Shown: positions 1 to 11,783, counted from the stretch's first letter. The stretch is DNA of 64,000 nt from Leptolyngbyaceae cyanobacterium (GCA_965263355.1 CBDHHL010000056.1:2176001-2240000), one strand, 5' to 3'. Made by a program: numbers and translations. Notes: generated by a model not told the origin, from the sequence alone.

Positions 1-85
1 AATAACCTTCATTTTTTTGTCTGACTAAACCCAAAGACAAGCGTAACGAATGCTGAGTTCCTGGTTTAGCGGCTTAAACCAAATA

Positions 86-157
<72 letters not shown>

Positions 158-160
158 TGG

Positions 161-245
161 TGGTGGGCCGTGTTGGATTCGAACCAACGTAGGCGTAGCC
201 AGCGGATTTACAGTCCGCCCCCATTAACCACTCGGGCAACGACCC
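161..245 (-). tRNA. tRNA-Tyr(GTA), encoded CCA
   Basis: GGGTCGTTGCCCGAGTGGTTAATGGGGGCGGACTGTAAATCCGC...GTTCGAATCCAACACGGCCCACCA; long variable arm, anticodon GTA. Confidence 0.96.
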
Positions 246-271
246 ACATACTAGTCGGCAGTAGCCGACAA

Positions 272-344
272 TGCCAGGAGGCGGACTTGAACCGCCGACA
301 CGAGGATTTTCAGTCCACTGCTCTACCAACTGAGCTATCCCGGC
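272..344 (-). tRNA. tRNA-Phe(GAA)
   Basis: GCCGGGATAGCTCAGTTGGTAGAGCAGTGGACTGAAAATCCTCGTGTCGGCGGTTCAAGTCCGCCTCCTGGCA; anticodon GAA. Confidence 0.95.
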
Positions 345-521
345 AACAAGCGGCATAACCGCCTTTGCTTGCGCGCCTAAACAAGTTAGCAAAAGAGTGG
401 AACCCTTAGCAAGCTAAAACCTGGAATCTTTTTACCCCAACCTAGAACACTCACTAAGCAGAGGCTCTAGTTAGGGTAAACCCAAAGAGCATGCGATTGA
501 GAGGAGTGGCGAAATCTTACG

Positions 522-977
522 CTATTCCTCAATCTCGCGAAGACGAGCTAGCTTCAGCGAGAATGTTCCGGTGCCCTGTCCTGCATAAGACCTTACTCTT
601 ACAGTATACTGACCAGATTTTGAGATGCGCGCAAATAGCAATGAGTTGGTAGAGCCGTCTGGGCCATCATCATTTTCACTCACAGTTGTACCGTCATCTC
701 CTAGCAGACTCACTAGGGTATCGAACTCTTCAGAAATAACGTCAATGGTAATTTGATCTCCGTCAAACAATTCGACGGTATAGTCCCTGGCAAAACCACC
801 GACTCCAGTAGGAATATCACTCTCAGAGAGCGTATCGTTAATTTCACGACCTCCAGCTAGCTCGATGGGGTTATAAATTTGAGCAATAGCACTTCTACCA
901 GCGCTTACTAGACTGAACGCCAACAGCGTTGTGGGAATTAACAGAGCACGACACAAAATTTTCCTAGATTGCTTCAT
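522..977 (-). CDS. Secreted PPC (pre-peptidase C-terminal) domain protein
   Basis: Signal peptide followed by FDTLVSLL...ENDDG...NSLL...GQYTVRVRSY pattern typical of PPC domains. Confidence 0.8.
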   Translation of the reverse strand: MKQSRKILCRALLIPTTLLAFSLVSAGRSAIAQIYNPIELAGGREINDTLSESDIPTGVGGFARDYTVELFDGDQITIDVISEEFDTLVSLLGDDGTTVSENDDGPDGSTNSLLFARISKSGQYTVRVRSYAGQGTGTFSLKLARLREIEE

Positions 978-1066
978 GATTGGGAGAGAGACGGATTAAT
1001 TTGATGGTGCCATTATGCCCCAACTCAGGATGGCATTGTGTCGCTAAACCAGCTCGTAATGAATGA

Positions 1067-1567
1067 ATGCCCACTATGCCCCTTTCTAATCCTTCCCCAA
1101 GTACATCGGAACGTAATTCTCAGTTGACTCTACAGCGGCTGCGCAATATTAGTCACGTCCTGGATAATGCGATCGCAATTCCCGGTCTTGGGTATCGAGT
1201 CGGCCTAGACCCTCTGATTGGTCTATTACCCGGTGGTGGTGATTTAATGGCTGGACTCATATCTATCTACATTGTGGCTGAAGCAGCCAGATTAGGCGTA
1301 CCAGCGGCCACATTGGGCCGCATGGGATTCAACATCTTGGCAGAGGTAGTTATGGGGACCATCCCTATGTTCGGGGACTTATTTGATGTCGCCTGGAAAG
1401 CCAACGCTCGTAATGTGGCCCTCCTAGAACGGCATATTCACCACCCCATCCCCAGCCGCCGGGTAGACAAACTATTAGCAATTGTCTTGATTATAGGATT
1501 ACTCACTGTGGTCATCGGAGCGGCGACTCTATCCCTATTGTTTGTGCGCTGGGTCCTGCAGCTGTAG
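1067..1567 (+). CDS. DUF4112 family membrane protein
   Basis: LDNAIAIPG..RVGLDPLIGLLPG.GD and GDLFDVAWKAN.RN motifs. Confidence 0.85.
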   Translation: MPTMPLSNPSPSTSERNSQLTLQRLRNISHVLDNAIAIPGLGYRVGLDPLIGLLPGGGDLMAGLISIYIVAEAARLGVPAATLGRMGFNILAEVVMGTIPMFGDLFDVAWKANARNVALLERHIHHPIPSRRVDKLLAIVLIIGLLTVVIGAATLSLLFVRWVLQL

Positions 1568-1609
1568 GATAATAAGCCTGTTAACATGCCTGTGGAATAA
1601 AGGAATTAC

Positions 1610-2659
1610 ATGGTTGGAGCAGCCGATTTTGTAGCCGATATCACCCAAGGCGGCACTGGCCAAGACGTCACGCTCGACTTTAAGATTCCTGACCCCAATG
1701 ATGACAACCTCTCTGAGCAAGATTTTCACCATCAGATTGAGGTTGCTTGGCAAGTATGTGATCGATTTGATTTACAAACTGATATTTGGCGGGGTCGTAT
1801 TCTAAGGGCGGTGCGCGAGCGCGAAAAGCAAGGTGGCGATGGTCGCGGCACTGGTTTTTTAAATTGGTTAAAAGAGCGAGAAATTAGCAAAAGCCAGGCT
1901 TATGCCTTAATTGAACTCGGAAATAGTGCTGACGAGTTACTCAAAGATGGCCTCCTCAACGAACAATCTGTAAATCAATTTAGTAAACGTGCCTTTGTAG
2001 AAACATCCCAGGCGGCCCCAGAAGTTCAGCAAATGGTGACTGAAGCAGCCCGTCGCGGCGAACAAATTACCCGTAAAGAAGTCAAACAATTGGCCGATGA
2101 ATGGACCGCTATGACCTCTGACCTCATTCCAGAAACCGTCAGGGAAAAAGCCGCTAACAATACCATTCCGACACGGTATCTGACTCCATTGGTGAAAGAA
2201 ATGGAAAAGCTCCCCCCTAACCATCAGGACACACTACGCACAGAAGCGGCTCGCAATCCAGATGTAGACACCCTTAAACAAATCACCTCAGAAGCCCGAT
2301 ACCTGTCTAAGTACATTGCCGCCGCGAGCCAGGTACAAACCATCGACCCAGACATTGTCAACTTAGAACAAGCCCTTGAGGAAGCCCTACGGATAGGATG
2401 CTTGAACTCCACGGCAGATTTGGTAAACCAAGCTACCCAGTTAGAACAGGCAACTGCCAAACTTTATACTGCCTGGAAACGACTTAATAAACTCGCAGAA
2501 CGCGTCTATGTTGATAGTGGCGAAAGCACTCCCCATTTGCGATCGCTCCTCAGTTCCTTAGCCCCACTCACCAATGAAATCATTGAAATCCAACTTGGCA
2601 ACGCCAACAGCCCATCTACCAAGACAATTCGGCTACAAGTTCTAGGGGAAATTGAGTAG
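1610..2659 (+). CDS. Conserved cyanobacterial hypothetical protein (possible DUF3102-like HTH region)
   Basis: 349-aa ORF; GFLNWLKEREISKSQAYALI segment; lies upstream of ado. Confidence 0.7.
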   Translation: MVGAADFVADITQGGTGQDVTLDFKIPDPNDDNLSEQDFHHQIEVAWQVCDRFDLQTDIWRGRILRAVREREKQGGDGRGTGFLNWLKEREISKSQAYALIELGNSADELLKDGLLNEQSVNQFSKRAFVETSQAAPEVQQMVTEAARRGEQITRKEVKQLADEWTAMTSDLIPETVREKAANNTIPTRYLTPLVKEMEKLPPNHQDTLRTEAARNPDVDTLKQITSEARYLSKYIAAASQVQTIDPDIVNLEQALEEALRIGCLNSTADLVNQATQLEQATAKLYTAWKRLNKLAERVYVDSGESTPHLRSLLSSLAPLTNEIIEIQLGNANSPSTKTIRLQVLGEIE

Positions 2660-2893
2660 ATGTTGAGTGGATCTCAATCAATTAGATAAAAATTCTAAAT
2701 AGATCACTCCAGAACACCCGAAAACACAAACTGTAACGGCACTTTAATAGCATGTATAAATATTTTTACAATGCTAATAGGGTGTAAAGTGTGAAATCAG
2801 GTGTCAATATTTAAGTTAGCTGCAGCATTTGTGCTAGACCGCAACTTAGGTATGGGCAGCAAGTGATTATTGTAATGCAGGAATTGGACAGAT

Positions 2894-3589
2894 ATGCCGC
2901 AGCTTGAGGCTAGCCCAGCGCTTGACTTCCAAAGTGAAGCGTACAAGGATGCATACAGTCGCATCAACGCCATCGTTATTGAAGGGGAATTGGAAGCTAA
3001 CGATAATTATAAAAAGTTAGCCGAATACTTAAGCGAGCACAAGGAAGATTTGATTAAGCTAGCTCGCATGGAAAATCGTCATATGAAAGGGTTTCAAGCC
3101 TGTGGTAAAAACCTGAATGTGACACCTGATATGGTCTTTGCAAAGAAGTTCTTTGCTCAGCTACACGATAATTTTAAGCAGGCCTGGGATGAGGGTAAAC
3201 TTGTCACTTGCTTACTGATTCAATCCCTAATTATTGAAACCTTTGCCATATCGGCTTACAACATTTACATTCCCGTGGCAGATGACTTTGCACGGAAAAT
3301 TACCGAAGGTGTTGTTAAAGACGAATACATGCACCTCAACTTTGGCGAAGAATGGCTTAAGGCCAACTTTGAGACGGCTAAAGCTGAACTAGAAGAAGCT
3401 AATCGTCAGAATTTACCTTTGGTTTGGCAAATGCTAAATCAAGTGGCTGATGATGCCGCTGTTCTAGGCATGGAAAAAGACGCTTTGGTAGAAGATTTCA
3501 TGATTACTTACGGTGAAGCTTTGAGTAATATCGGGTTTACCAACCGCGAAGTCATGCGTCTCTCTGCCCAAGGTCTGGCCATGGCATAA
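2894..3589 (+). CDS. ado: Aldehyde-deformylating oxygenase (alkane synthesis)
   Basis: [16 protein letters not shown]; ferritin-like di-iron EXXH motifs (ENRH, EYMH); 231 aa. Confidence 0.97.
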   Translation: MPQLEASPALDFQSEAYKDAYSRINAIVIEGELEANDNYKKLAEYLSEHKEDLIKLARMENRHMKGFQACGKNLNVTPDMVFAKKFFAQLHDNFKQAWDEGKLVTCLLIQSLIIETFAISAYNIYIPVADDFARKITEGVVKDEYMHLNFGEEWLKANFETAKAELEEANRQNLPLVWQMLNQVADDAAVLGMEKDALVEDFMITYGEALSNIGFTNREVMRLSAQGLAMA

Positions 3590-3604
3590 AATTCATCATT
3601 TAAT

Positions 3605-3637
3605 AGGGGGCTGAGCATTGGGCCAGCCTCTTTTTTA
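3605..3637 (+). terminator. Hairpin/terminator between ado and aar
   Basis: AGGGGGCTG...CAGCCTCT stem followed by a T run. Confidence 0.6.
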
Positions 3638-3734
3638 TAGTGAGTTACGTCATCTGTGTCTCTCACATAAACCACATCACTGTAACGTTTTGTTGTAGTC
3701 TATGTTTCTAAGATTCTTTTTAGAAGTAGCCTAA

Positions 3735-4757
3735 ATGTTTGGTTTAATCGGTCATCTAACGAACCTAGAACACGCTCAATCGGTTGCCCATGCATTGGGA
3801 TATCCAGAATATGCAGATCAAGGCCTTGACTTCTGGTGCAGTGCTCCGCCACAGATTGTAGACAACATCAAGGTGACTAGTGTGACTGGCCAAGTGATCG
3901 AAGGCCGCTATGTAGAGTCTTGCTTTCTACCTGAAATGCTGGCTTCAAGACGGATCAAGGCAGCTACTCGAAAAATCCTCAATGCTATGGCCCACGCCCA
4001 GAAGCATGGCATTAATATCACCGCTCTGGGAGGATTTTCATCAATTATTTTTGAAAATTTTAAGCTGGATCAAATCAAACGTGTTCGTAACCTAGAGCTT
4101 GACTTTAGTCGTTTCACCACAGGTAATACCCACACAGCCTATGTGATTTGCAAGCAGGTCGAGGATGCTGCCCCTAGCTATGGCATTGATCTTTCTACAG
4201 CCACGGTAGCCGTTTGCGGTGCCACTGGAGATATCGGCAGTGCTGTTTGCCGTTGGCTAAGTCAGAAAAGTGGCATAAAAGAATTATTACTCATTGCTCG
4301 AAACCAAGAACGATTGAATAATCTGAAGAATGAGATTGGTATAGGCAAAATTATTGGGTTGGCAGATGCCCTACCCATCGCTGATATTGTTGTTTGGGTT
4401 GCCAGCATGCCTAAAAGCATCAACATTGACCCATCTACCTTAAAGCGACCTTGCTTAATGATTGACGGGGGCTATCCTAAGAATTTGGACAGTAAGTTTA
4501 CTCATCCTGATATTCATATTCTGAAAGGCGGTATTGTCGAACATAGCCTGGATATAGATTGGCAGATCATGAACATCGTAGCGATGGATGTTCCTGCCCG
4601 ACAGTTATTTGCCTGTTTTGCAGAATCAATGCTGTTGGAATTTGAGAAATGGCATACGAATTTCTCTTGGGGAAGAAATCAGATCACACTTGAGAAGATG
4701 GAAAAAATTGGAGCATCTTCTGTGAAGCATGGATTCCAACCCTTGCTGACAAGTTAA
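3735..4757 (+). CDS. aar: Long-chain acyl-ACP reductase
   Basis: MFGLIGHLT start, GATGDIG nucleotide-binding motif, FACFAE catalytic Cys; adjacent to ado. Confidence 0.97.
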   Translation: MFGLIGHLTNLEHAQSVAHALGYPEYADQGLDFWCSAPPQIVDNIKVTSVTGQVIEGRYVESCFLPEMLASRRIKAATRKILNAMAHAQKHGINITALGGFSSIIFENFKLDQIKRVRNLELDFSRFTTGNTHTAYVICKQVEDAAPSYGIDLSTATVAVCGATGDIGSAVCRWLSQKSGIKELLLIARNQERLNNLKNEIGIGKIIGLADALPIADIVVWVASMPKSINIDPSTLKRPCLMIDGGYPKNLDSKFTHPDIHILKGGIVEHSLDIDWQIMNIVAMDVPARQLFACFAESMLLEFEKWHTNFSWGRNQITLEKMEKIGASSVKHGFQPLLTS

Positions 4758-4862
4758 GCCTACTTATCCTTGGCTACTTGCTTCCTTTAAAGCGGCGATT
4801 AATGTATTTTGAGGGGCAGTTTGCGCTAGGGTGGAATCACTGCTGGAGTACCTAAACCCGTA

Positions 4863-5843
4863 ATGGCAACAACTGAACGAAAGGCTATTTTACTGGATTT
4901 TGAAAAGCCTTTGGCTGAATTAGAGTCTCGAATTTTGCAGATACGGGCATTGGCCGAGGACAATGATGTCGACGTTTCAGCTCAAATTCAGCAGCTCGAA
5001 TCAAGGGCACAACAACTAAGGCAGGAGATTTTTACTAGTCTGACACCGGCTCAGCGGATCCAGGTTGCCCGTCATCCACGTCGACCCAGTACACTTGACT
5101 ATATCCAAGCGATTTCAGATGAGTGGATAGAGCTGCATGGTGATCGTCGTTCTGGGAAAGATGATTTAGCATTGGTGGGAGGTATTGCCCGCTTTCACGG
5201 CCATTCAGTTGTCATGCTAGGTCATCAAAAAGGTAGGGATACCAAAGACAATGTTGCTCGTAATTTTGGCATGGCCTCTCCTGGAGGATACCGCAAAGCT
5301 ATGCGCCTCATGGAGCATGCAAATCGGTTTAAGATGCCTATTTTTACCTTTATCGATACTCCCGGAGCTTGGGCTGGTTTAGAAGCTGAAGAAATGGGTC
5401 AAGGTGAGGCAATTGCCCATAACCTTCGGGAAATGTTTCGGCTAGACAGTCCAATTATTTGTACCGTTATTGGAGAAGGTGGATCTGGCGGAGCATTGGG
5501 GATCGGTGTAGGTGATCGTCTAATTATGTTTGAGCACTCAGTTTACACCGTTGCTAGTCCTGAAGCCTGTGCCGCTATTTTATGGAAAGACGCATCACGG
5601 TCATCGCAAGCAGCAGAGGCTCTAAAAATTACCGCCTGGGATTTGAAAAATTTGGGTATTTTGGATCATCTGTTGCCTGAACCTACTGGCGGAGCCCACG
5701 CCAACCCAATTAAGGCTGCTGAAAGTCTGGAATCAGCACTTTTAGAAATCCTTGAGGTGTTACTTGCTATGTCACCAGAGCAACGGAGACAAGAGCGCTA
5801 TCATAAGTTTCGACAAATTGGAGTATTTTCAGAAGCTGCCTAA
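4863..5843 (+). CDS. accA: Acetyl-CoA carboxylase carboxyltransferase alpha subunit
   Basis: [32 protein letters not shown] motifs. Confidence 0.97.
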   Translation: MATTERKAILLDFEKPLAELESRILQIRALAEDNDVDVSAQIQQLESRAQQLRQEIFTSLTPAQRIQVARHPRRPSTLDYIQAISDEWIELHGDRRSGKDDLALVGGIARFHGHSVVMLGHQKGRDTKDNVARNFGMASPGGYRKAMRLMEHANRFKMPIFTFIDTPGAWAGLEAEEMGQGEAIAHNLREMFRLDSPIICTVIGEGGSGGALGIGVGDRLIMFEHSVYTVASPEACAAILWKDASRSSQAAEALKITAWDLKNLGILDHLLPEPTGGAHANPIKAAESLESALLEILEVLLAMSPEQRRQERYHKFRQIGVFSEAA

Positions 5844-6147
5844 TCATTTCTCTCAAAAGAGGCTTTAGTCAGTTACTTAAGCATTTGCCAACGTGTTTGG
5901 TGACGCTTATACTGCTTAAAAACTATCGATTAACTCTATTTTTATTTTATTGCTGCTCATAATCTCTGAGAAATTCAAAGATTAATGAGAGTCATGTAAG
6001 TTGTTGTCATGTAGACACAAGCCTTACAAAATTTAAACTTAGCCATATCAGCAAAAATCTCTTATCTTTGAAGGAACACATTTCTCGCAACATTTGTTAA
6101 CATTAATTTTGAGCTAATTCCTATTGTTGCCCCCTTGACACTTCTTG

Positions 6148-6876
6148 ATGAATACTGCTCCTAACCGTCGCGCATTAATTACAGGTGCTAGCACTGGTAT
6201 CGGTCGTGCTACTGCTCTAGCCTTTGCACAAGCTGGATTTGATTTGGCCTTGGTCAGTCGTTCAACCGATAAGCTGCGACAATTAACGGATGAAATTGAT
6301 GCGATTTCACCCGTTAATGCTCAAATTTTCTCCATAGATTTGGGAGTCATTGAGCAGGTTAAGGATGACGTCACTGAGCTATTAGATAGCTTTGGTCCTA
6401 TTGATGTCTTGGTTAATAATGCTGGCATGGGTTACACGGGGGAACTGAATCAGATGCCCCTAGATGATTGGTGTCAAGTCATCAACTTGAATGTTACCAG
6501 TGTTTTTCAATGTATTCAGGCAGTGCTTCCAGGCATGCGAGATCGCGGTAGCGGCATGATTATCAATGTGGCCTCAATCGCTGCTCGCCAAGCTTTTCCT
6601 GAGTGGGGTGCCTATGGCATCAGTAAAGCAGCCGTTGTTGCTTTATCCAAAGCGATTTCGGTAGAAGAGCGCAGCCATGGCATTCGGGTAGTCACTATTC
6701 TGCCAGGCGCTGTCAACACACCACTCTGGGATACAGAAACAGTTCAAGCTGACTTTGACCGCTCTGGTATGCTTACGCCTGATTTAGTAGCAAACGCCAT
6801 TCTGCAGACTGCGCTACTCCCTCCCGGAGCTGTAGTCGAAGAGCTAACAATCATGCCAAGTGGAGGCACTCTGTGA
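6148..6876 (+). CDS. SDR family oxidoreductase
   Basis: TGASTGIG, NNAG, YGISK catalytic motif. Confidence 0.92.
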   Translation: MNTAPNRRALITGASTGIGRATALAFAQAGFDLALVSRSTDKLRQLTDEIDAISPVNAQIFSIDLGVIEQVKDDVTELLDSFGPIDVLVNNAGMGYTGELNQMPLDDWCQVINLNVTSVFQCIQAVLPGMRDRGSGMIINVASIAARQAFPEWGAYGISKAAVVALSKAISVEERSHGIRVVTILPGAVNTPLWDTETVQADFDRSGMLTPDLVANAILQTALLPPGAVVEELTIMPSGGTL

Positions 6877-6977
6877 TTTCTTAACGCATATTGCCCCTGA
6901 CCAAGCTATGTTGGCCATTTTTTGTCTTGCTTACAAAAGCAAATTTTTTCTCATCTAGCAGTTAATCCACCCACACC

Positions 6978-7691
6978 ATGGTTATTTCTACTAACGGTTC
7001 TAGCAACAGCTCTAAGGCTAATAATCTGCTCAATGGTAAATCCCTAGAGGCTGCCATCCGCCCTGATCGATTAAAAAACAAGGGACATGAAGCACTACTC
7101 CAAGAACCTTCTGCCGATAATGAAAAACTGATGCAAGCAGTCCACACCATGCTGTCTGAACTCGGTGAAGATCCTGAGCGAGAAGGATTACTCAAAACGC
7201 CTAAACGGGTAGCAGAAGCGATGCGTTTTCTCACTCAAGGGTATACCCAATCCCTAGAGACTATAGTTAATAACGCTATCTTTGATGAAGGCCACAACGA
7301 AATGGTATTAGTACGTGATATCAATTTCTTTAGCCTTTGCGAACACCACATGCTGCCGTTTATGGGTCGGGCTCACGTTGCATACATTCCTACGCAAAAA
7401 GTGGTTGGGCTTAGTAAACTAGCGCGCATTGTTGAAATGTACTCCCAGCGACTACAGGTACAAGAACGGCTAACACGCCAGGTAGCTGAAGCTATTAGCG
7501 AAATACTAGAGCCCCAAGGTGTAGCAGTGGTCATGGAAGCCAGCCACATGTGTATGGCAATGCGTGGTGTTCAAAAGCCAGGTTCTTGGACGGTCACCAG
7601 TGCCATGCTCGGCGTCTTCCAAAATGACCAGAAAACCCGCGAAGAGTTTTTAAGTTTAATTCGCCATCAGCCCGCATTCTCTAATTATTAA
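6978..7691 (+). CDS. folE: GTP cyclohydrolase I
   Basis: [39 protein letters not shown]. Confidence 0.97.
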   Translation: MVISTNGSSNSSKANNLLNGKSLEAAIRPDRLKNKGHEALLQEPSADNEKLMQAVHTMLSELGEDPEREGLLKTPKRVAEAMRFLTQGYTQSLETIVNNAIFDEGHNEMVLVRDINFFSLCEHHMLPFMGRAHVAYIPTQKVVGLSKLARIVEMYSQRLQVQERLTRQVAEAISEILEPQGVAVVMEASHMCMAMRGVQKPGSWTVTSAMLGVFQNDQKTREEFLSLIRHQPAFSNY

Positions 7692-7882
7692 AGAAGAGCA
7701 AGAAATCCGGAAGAAATTACTTACTCAGGCTTTCTCTAGGAAAAGCAACGATACAGTGGTGTAGATCTCGTCGACAGGAACCCACTTCTATCGACTATAT
7801 TCTATTTGAACAACAGATTGCTTAGTAGCAGTCTGCCATGTTTGTACCCTCAACTGTGATTTATTAGGAGTAAGCGGAGCCT

Positions 7883-8353
7883 ATGAGTCCTCTAAATGTT
7901 GAAACGGCTGGCGAAACAATTAGCACTGGGGTTGAAAGCTTCCAAGCTAGCCATATAGACGTGATTGAAACCGTCATTGCCAGCCTGGACCAGGGGGGTG
8001 ATGCGATGGTTAGCCGTGATGATGACGGCTATCTCTGGAAATTCACCTACGGCAGTGTAACTGTGTACGTTCAACTGACAGGCACAGATGATGAGGACAG
8101 CTTAACTGTCTGGTCCACCTTGCTAAAGCTGCCAGTGGCGAATCAAACTACTTTGATGCAAGAGTTATTGGCCATGAACTGTGGGGAAACCTTCGAGGCC
8201 TGTTTTGGCATTTCCAACCAAGACGTTTTAGTCTTAGCCAGTCGTATCCTTGCCGATATTAATCCTGGTGAAATTTCTCGGTTAATGACTATTGTCGCCA
8301 CTATCGCTGATGACATGGATGATGTACTCAAGGAGAAATATCCTACAGCTTAG
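7883..8353 (+). CDS. YbjN domain-containing protein
   Basis: WKFTYGSV.VYVQLTG and C-terminal ISRLMTIVATIADDMDD; typical cyanobacterial YbjN-like protein. Confidence 0.75.
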   Translation: MSPLNVETAGETISTGVESFQASHIDVIETVIASLDQGGDAMVSRDDDGYLWKFTYGSVTVYVQLTGTDDEDSLTVWSTLLKLPVANQTTLMQELLAMNCGETFEACFGISNQDVLVLASRILADINPGEISRLMTIVATIADDMDDVLKEKYPTA

Positions 8354-8356
8354 ATT

Positions 8357-9133
8357 ATGAATGCACTATGGCGGCTCATTGCTCCCATTCATGCCTCAGG
8401 TGTTACTCAAATGGCCATCGACGATTGGCTTTTAGAGCAACACCGCTTAGGCCATGGGTCACCCTGTCTCAGGTTTTACACCTGGAACCCCATTGCCATT
8501 TCCCTGGGTTATCACCAAAACCATTACCCAGATCATTGGAATTCATTGCAATGGCATGACCAGGCAATTGATCTTGTCAAACGTCCCAGTGGTGGACGAG
8601 CTGTGCTTCATCAAGGAGATTTAACTTATAGCCTAGTGATTTCTGGGTACAGTGGCCGTCGTCAAAATATTTATGCCCAGCTATGTCAGTTTTTAATAGA
8701 GGGCTTGAATCATTTGGGAATTGCTCTGTCTTTAGGGGCTGACAAAGGTAATTATCAGCGTTCTCACAACTGCTTTGGTACAACTACTTCAGCCGATCTT
8801 GTTATGCCAAATGGATATAAGGTGATTGGCAGTGCCCAACTTTACCGTGATAGCTGTGTTTTACAGCATGGTTCCATTAGGCTTAGCCCTAACCCTGACT
8901 TAGTACACACAGTATTTGGTCACCACATCTCTCCTCCTCCATCTCTGGCTAAACTCCTATCAACGGATATTGTTGAAGCGCTAACAACGGCAGCTGAAAA
9001 CAGATTCAATATCAGGTTTGCAGAACAGCCACTTTCTCCAGAAGAGAAAACTCAAGCCATAAATTGGGCTCAAACCAAAGCCTCAGAACTGGGCTTAACG
9101 GCCTCTCGATCAGTAGATAAGGCTGATAATTAG
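8357..9133 (+). CDS. Lipoate-protein ligase family protein
   Basis: QMAIDDWLL, LRFYTW, KRPSGGRAVLH, KVIGSAQ, LQHGSI. Confidence 0.9.
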   Translation: MNALWRLIAPIHASGVTQMAIDDWLLEQHRLGHGSPCLRFYTWNPIAISLGYHQNHYPDHWNSLQWHDQAIDLVKRPSGGRAVLHQGDLTYSLVISGYSGRRQNIYAQLCQFLIEGLNHLGIALSLGADKGNYQRSHNCFGTTTSADLVMPNGYKVIGSAQLYRDSCVLQHGSIRLSPNPDLVHTVFGHHISPPPSLAKLLSTDIVEALTTAAENRFNIRFAEQPLSPEEKTQAINWAQTKASELGLTASRSVDKADN

Positions 9134-9153
9134 CATAAGCTCAGGGCTATAAA

Positions 9154-10284
9154 CTATTCTACAACAGCTCCACAAATAGCTTCGGTTGGAACAAAACAGA
9201 CATCTTTGACCAACTGCAAGTGCTGCAATTGTTTCTGTAGACGTTCGGTCAGTCCTACTAACAAGCTAGTGGTTACGATAGTACTGACAGGCACTATAGT
9301 CGGTAGCCAGTAATTGTGATAAAAAGCGACAAAGACCAAACCGCTCCACATAACGACAATTGTTAGATTTACTAACAGGTGAACTTTATAACATCGATAA
9401 AATAATTTGTGCCCCAATAGAGGGCTCAGGAGCATAAGCACTAATAAAACAGGTAAAATAATTGGCTTTAGATGATTTTGAGCTAGCAAGTTATTGGCAG
9501 CTACAATGTGTTGATAAACCCCTGCAGTTGGTGGACTTTGATTATAAGGAGTCGCCATAGAATCCAGATCCACTCCTGTATAACCAATAAAAACAATTTT
9601 GTTTGCAAAGGTCGTCGCTGGGACTTCTCCAGTTAGTACATCAACAAATGAGTAGCGTGGAGCACTGTGGGCAAACCCACGCCAGTTAAGCCATAGGTTC
9701 TGATGGAAACTTCTAGCCGATGCCAATATATGTGGCTGAACCTGACCATATTGCTTCACCACCGCAATACTCAAGGCTGGAATACCGTTGATTTTAGGAT
9801 AGTAGTTACGAGTAATGCCATCGTCATCAGCGTGATGATGAATATGTCCAGTTGCGATCGCACCTTCCACAACACCAGCATTAGGACCAATCACGCCCCG
9901 TTGTTCATCCCAGGCCGTTGCCAAGACAACATTGCCATGACGTACCATTGCTTCAGCAAATGTAGCATCATGAGTAGTGGATTCTGCAAACAGGATATCA
10001 AAAGCAATAACACTGGATTCAGCAGCAATCAGTTTATTTAACAGCTCAGTGTAGTAGTGACGTGGCCAAGGAAATGCACCAATGGCTGCCAAACTAGGTT
10101 CATCAATTTCAATCACCGTTACTCGGTCATCCCATGACTGTTCACCTCTAACTTGAAATAAAAAGCGATAAATACCGTGCTCTAAGGATTGCCAAACGCC
10201 CATACGGGCAGTTGTGAGTGTTAATCCTGCTGCTAACAGCCCAGGCAATAAGCGCCAACCCGATTTGTATAGCCAATGCTTCAT
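9154..10284 (-). CDS. CHASE2 sensor-domain membrane protein lacking an output domain
   Basis: IDEPSL..IG.FPWPR, IAFDILF, D.DGITR, KIVFIG, GVYQH then three TM helices; start taken at ATG 10284. Confidence 0.8.
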   Translation of the reverse strand: MKHWLYKSGWRLLPGLLAAGLTLTTARMGVWQSLEHGIYRFLFQVRGEQSWDDRVTVIEIDEPSLAAIGAFPWPRHYYTELLNKLIAAESSVIAFDILFAESTTHDATFAEAMVRHGNVVLATAWDEQRGVIGPNAGVVEGAIATGHIHHHADDDGITRNYYPKINGIPALSIAVVKQYGQVQPHILASARSFHQNLWLNWRGFAHSAPRYSFVDVLTGEVPATTFANKIVFIGYTGVDLDSMATPYNQSPPTAGVYQHIVAANNLLAQNHLKPIILPVLLVLMLLSPLLGHKLFYRCYKVHLLVNLTIVVMWSGLVFVAFYHNYWLPTIVPVSTIVTTSLLVGLTERLQKQLQHLQLVKDVCFVPTEAICGAVVE

Positions 10285-10586
10285 AACAACAGTGAATGAG
10301 AAAAAAGCGCAGTCACATAAAAACGCCCTGTCTCGATGTTTCAAGCGATGACAATACGTTAACTGTCACTGTACCTAGCCACCAATGGACAAATCACTGA
10401 AGTTAATCTGGCCAAGGGTGTCATGGCCTAGGTACCTAACATCCATACATTAGCCAAACTGGACAAGCCGTTAATATTCTTTGCAAGATAGTACAAATTG
10501 CTTAAGCCAACCCGATTTATACCTACTCTTAGAACAAATGCTCTACCTCCAGGGCATTGCTAAACTCAGGTTTTTATCTTGAGGGA

Positions 10587-11783
10587 CTACTCAGAATTCC
10601 TAGCAATTGCAGCTAACTGGAATCCCGACGGATAAGCACCTTCCTTTTTGATGCGCTCAATAATGGCTTCTGGAATCGGAAAATTGAGTCGCTTTGCCAA
10701 GGCCCTCACCACATCACCCCGATCGATGATACCGGCAACCGCATCAGCTGGGGATAAAACTGTAATTCGCCGCAGTTCATTCTCTTCAAGATCGGTAATT
10801 ACCTTAGATAAGGGCGTTTCTTCACGCACATGGGGCACCTCTAAGAGTGGATGCGCCACGTCTTCCAATGTCATAGTCTCCCACTGACTGCGTTCGATCT
10901 GACGCAAATCATCTAGGGATACCATGCCTCGATAACGACCATTAGAAGCAGCAAAATAGACAACGGCTGGCTCGTCATGGAGTAGCTGTTTATCAGCAAA
11001 TGCCTTTAAGGTAATATTTGCATCAATCACCTTAAACTCCCTTACGCTAGCATCCCTAGCCTTCAGGCTAGCAATGGCATCCTGCCAATCACTCACACGA
11101 CTATAAGTACCCGCATTACGCACAGCAAACCATCCCAATATTGCCAGAAATAGCACCTCAAATTGCTGCGTACTGATATAAGCACAAATACCAACCGTAA
11201 TCGCTATCCATCCTAGTAGTTGCCCAACGCGAGCTGCCCAGCGCAATCCTCGAATACGGCTACCAGTAAAATGCCAAACCACTGCCTTTAAAACCTGTCC
11301 ACCGTCCAAGGGCAATCCAGGAATCAAATTAAAGAGGGCAAGCAGTAAATTGATTCGAGCAATGGTTTCAACCGCTAGGTCAGCAACGGTATGAGGTCGT
11401 AGCATCCAGGAAAACAACGTCAGCAACAAAAATAAGCAAAAATTGACTAAAGGACCTGCAATGGCAATTTGAAACGCTTGCCCTGGTGTCTTAGCCTCCT
11501 TGTCAATCGATGAGATACCACCAAACAAAACCAAGGTGATGGAATTGACCTTAATTCCATATCGTCTGGCAACTAGACTATGCCCTAACTCATGAAGCAG
11601 CACAGAGCCCAACAAAAGTAGGGCCATCACCAAACCCACTACCGCTGCCACTAGAAAGGGAAACCCATCATTGCGCAGATCGCTGCCGTAGGCAAACGTC
11701 ATCAAAATAACAATCAGAAACCACGAGTTATCAACAAATAGAGGAATGCCGAAAATTTCACCAACGCGCCAACCGGATTGCAT
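10587..11783 (-). CDS. Site-2 protease (M50) with CBS domains
   Basis: HELGH zinc motif, NLIPGLPLDGG, C-terminal CBS pair. Confidence 0.93.
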   Translation of the reverse strand: MQSGWRVGEIFGIPLFVDNSWFLIVILMTFAYGSDLRNDGFPFLVAAVVGLVMALLLLGSVLLHELGHSLVARRYGIKVNSITLVLFGGISSIDKEAKTPGQAFQIAIAGPLVNFCLFLLLTLFSWMLRPHTVADLAVETIARINLLLALFNLIPGLPLDGGQVLKAVVWHFTGSRIRGLRWAARVGQLLGWIAITVGICAYISTQQFEVLFLAILGWFAVRNAGTYSRVSDWQDAIASLKARDASVREFKVIDANITLKAFADKQLLHDEPAVVYFAASNGRYRGMVSLDDLRQIERSQWETMTLEDVAHPLLEVPHVREETPLSKVITDLEENELRRITVLSPADAVAGIIDRGDVVRALAKRLNFPIPEAIIERIKKEGAYPSGFQLAAIARNSE

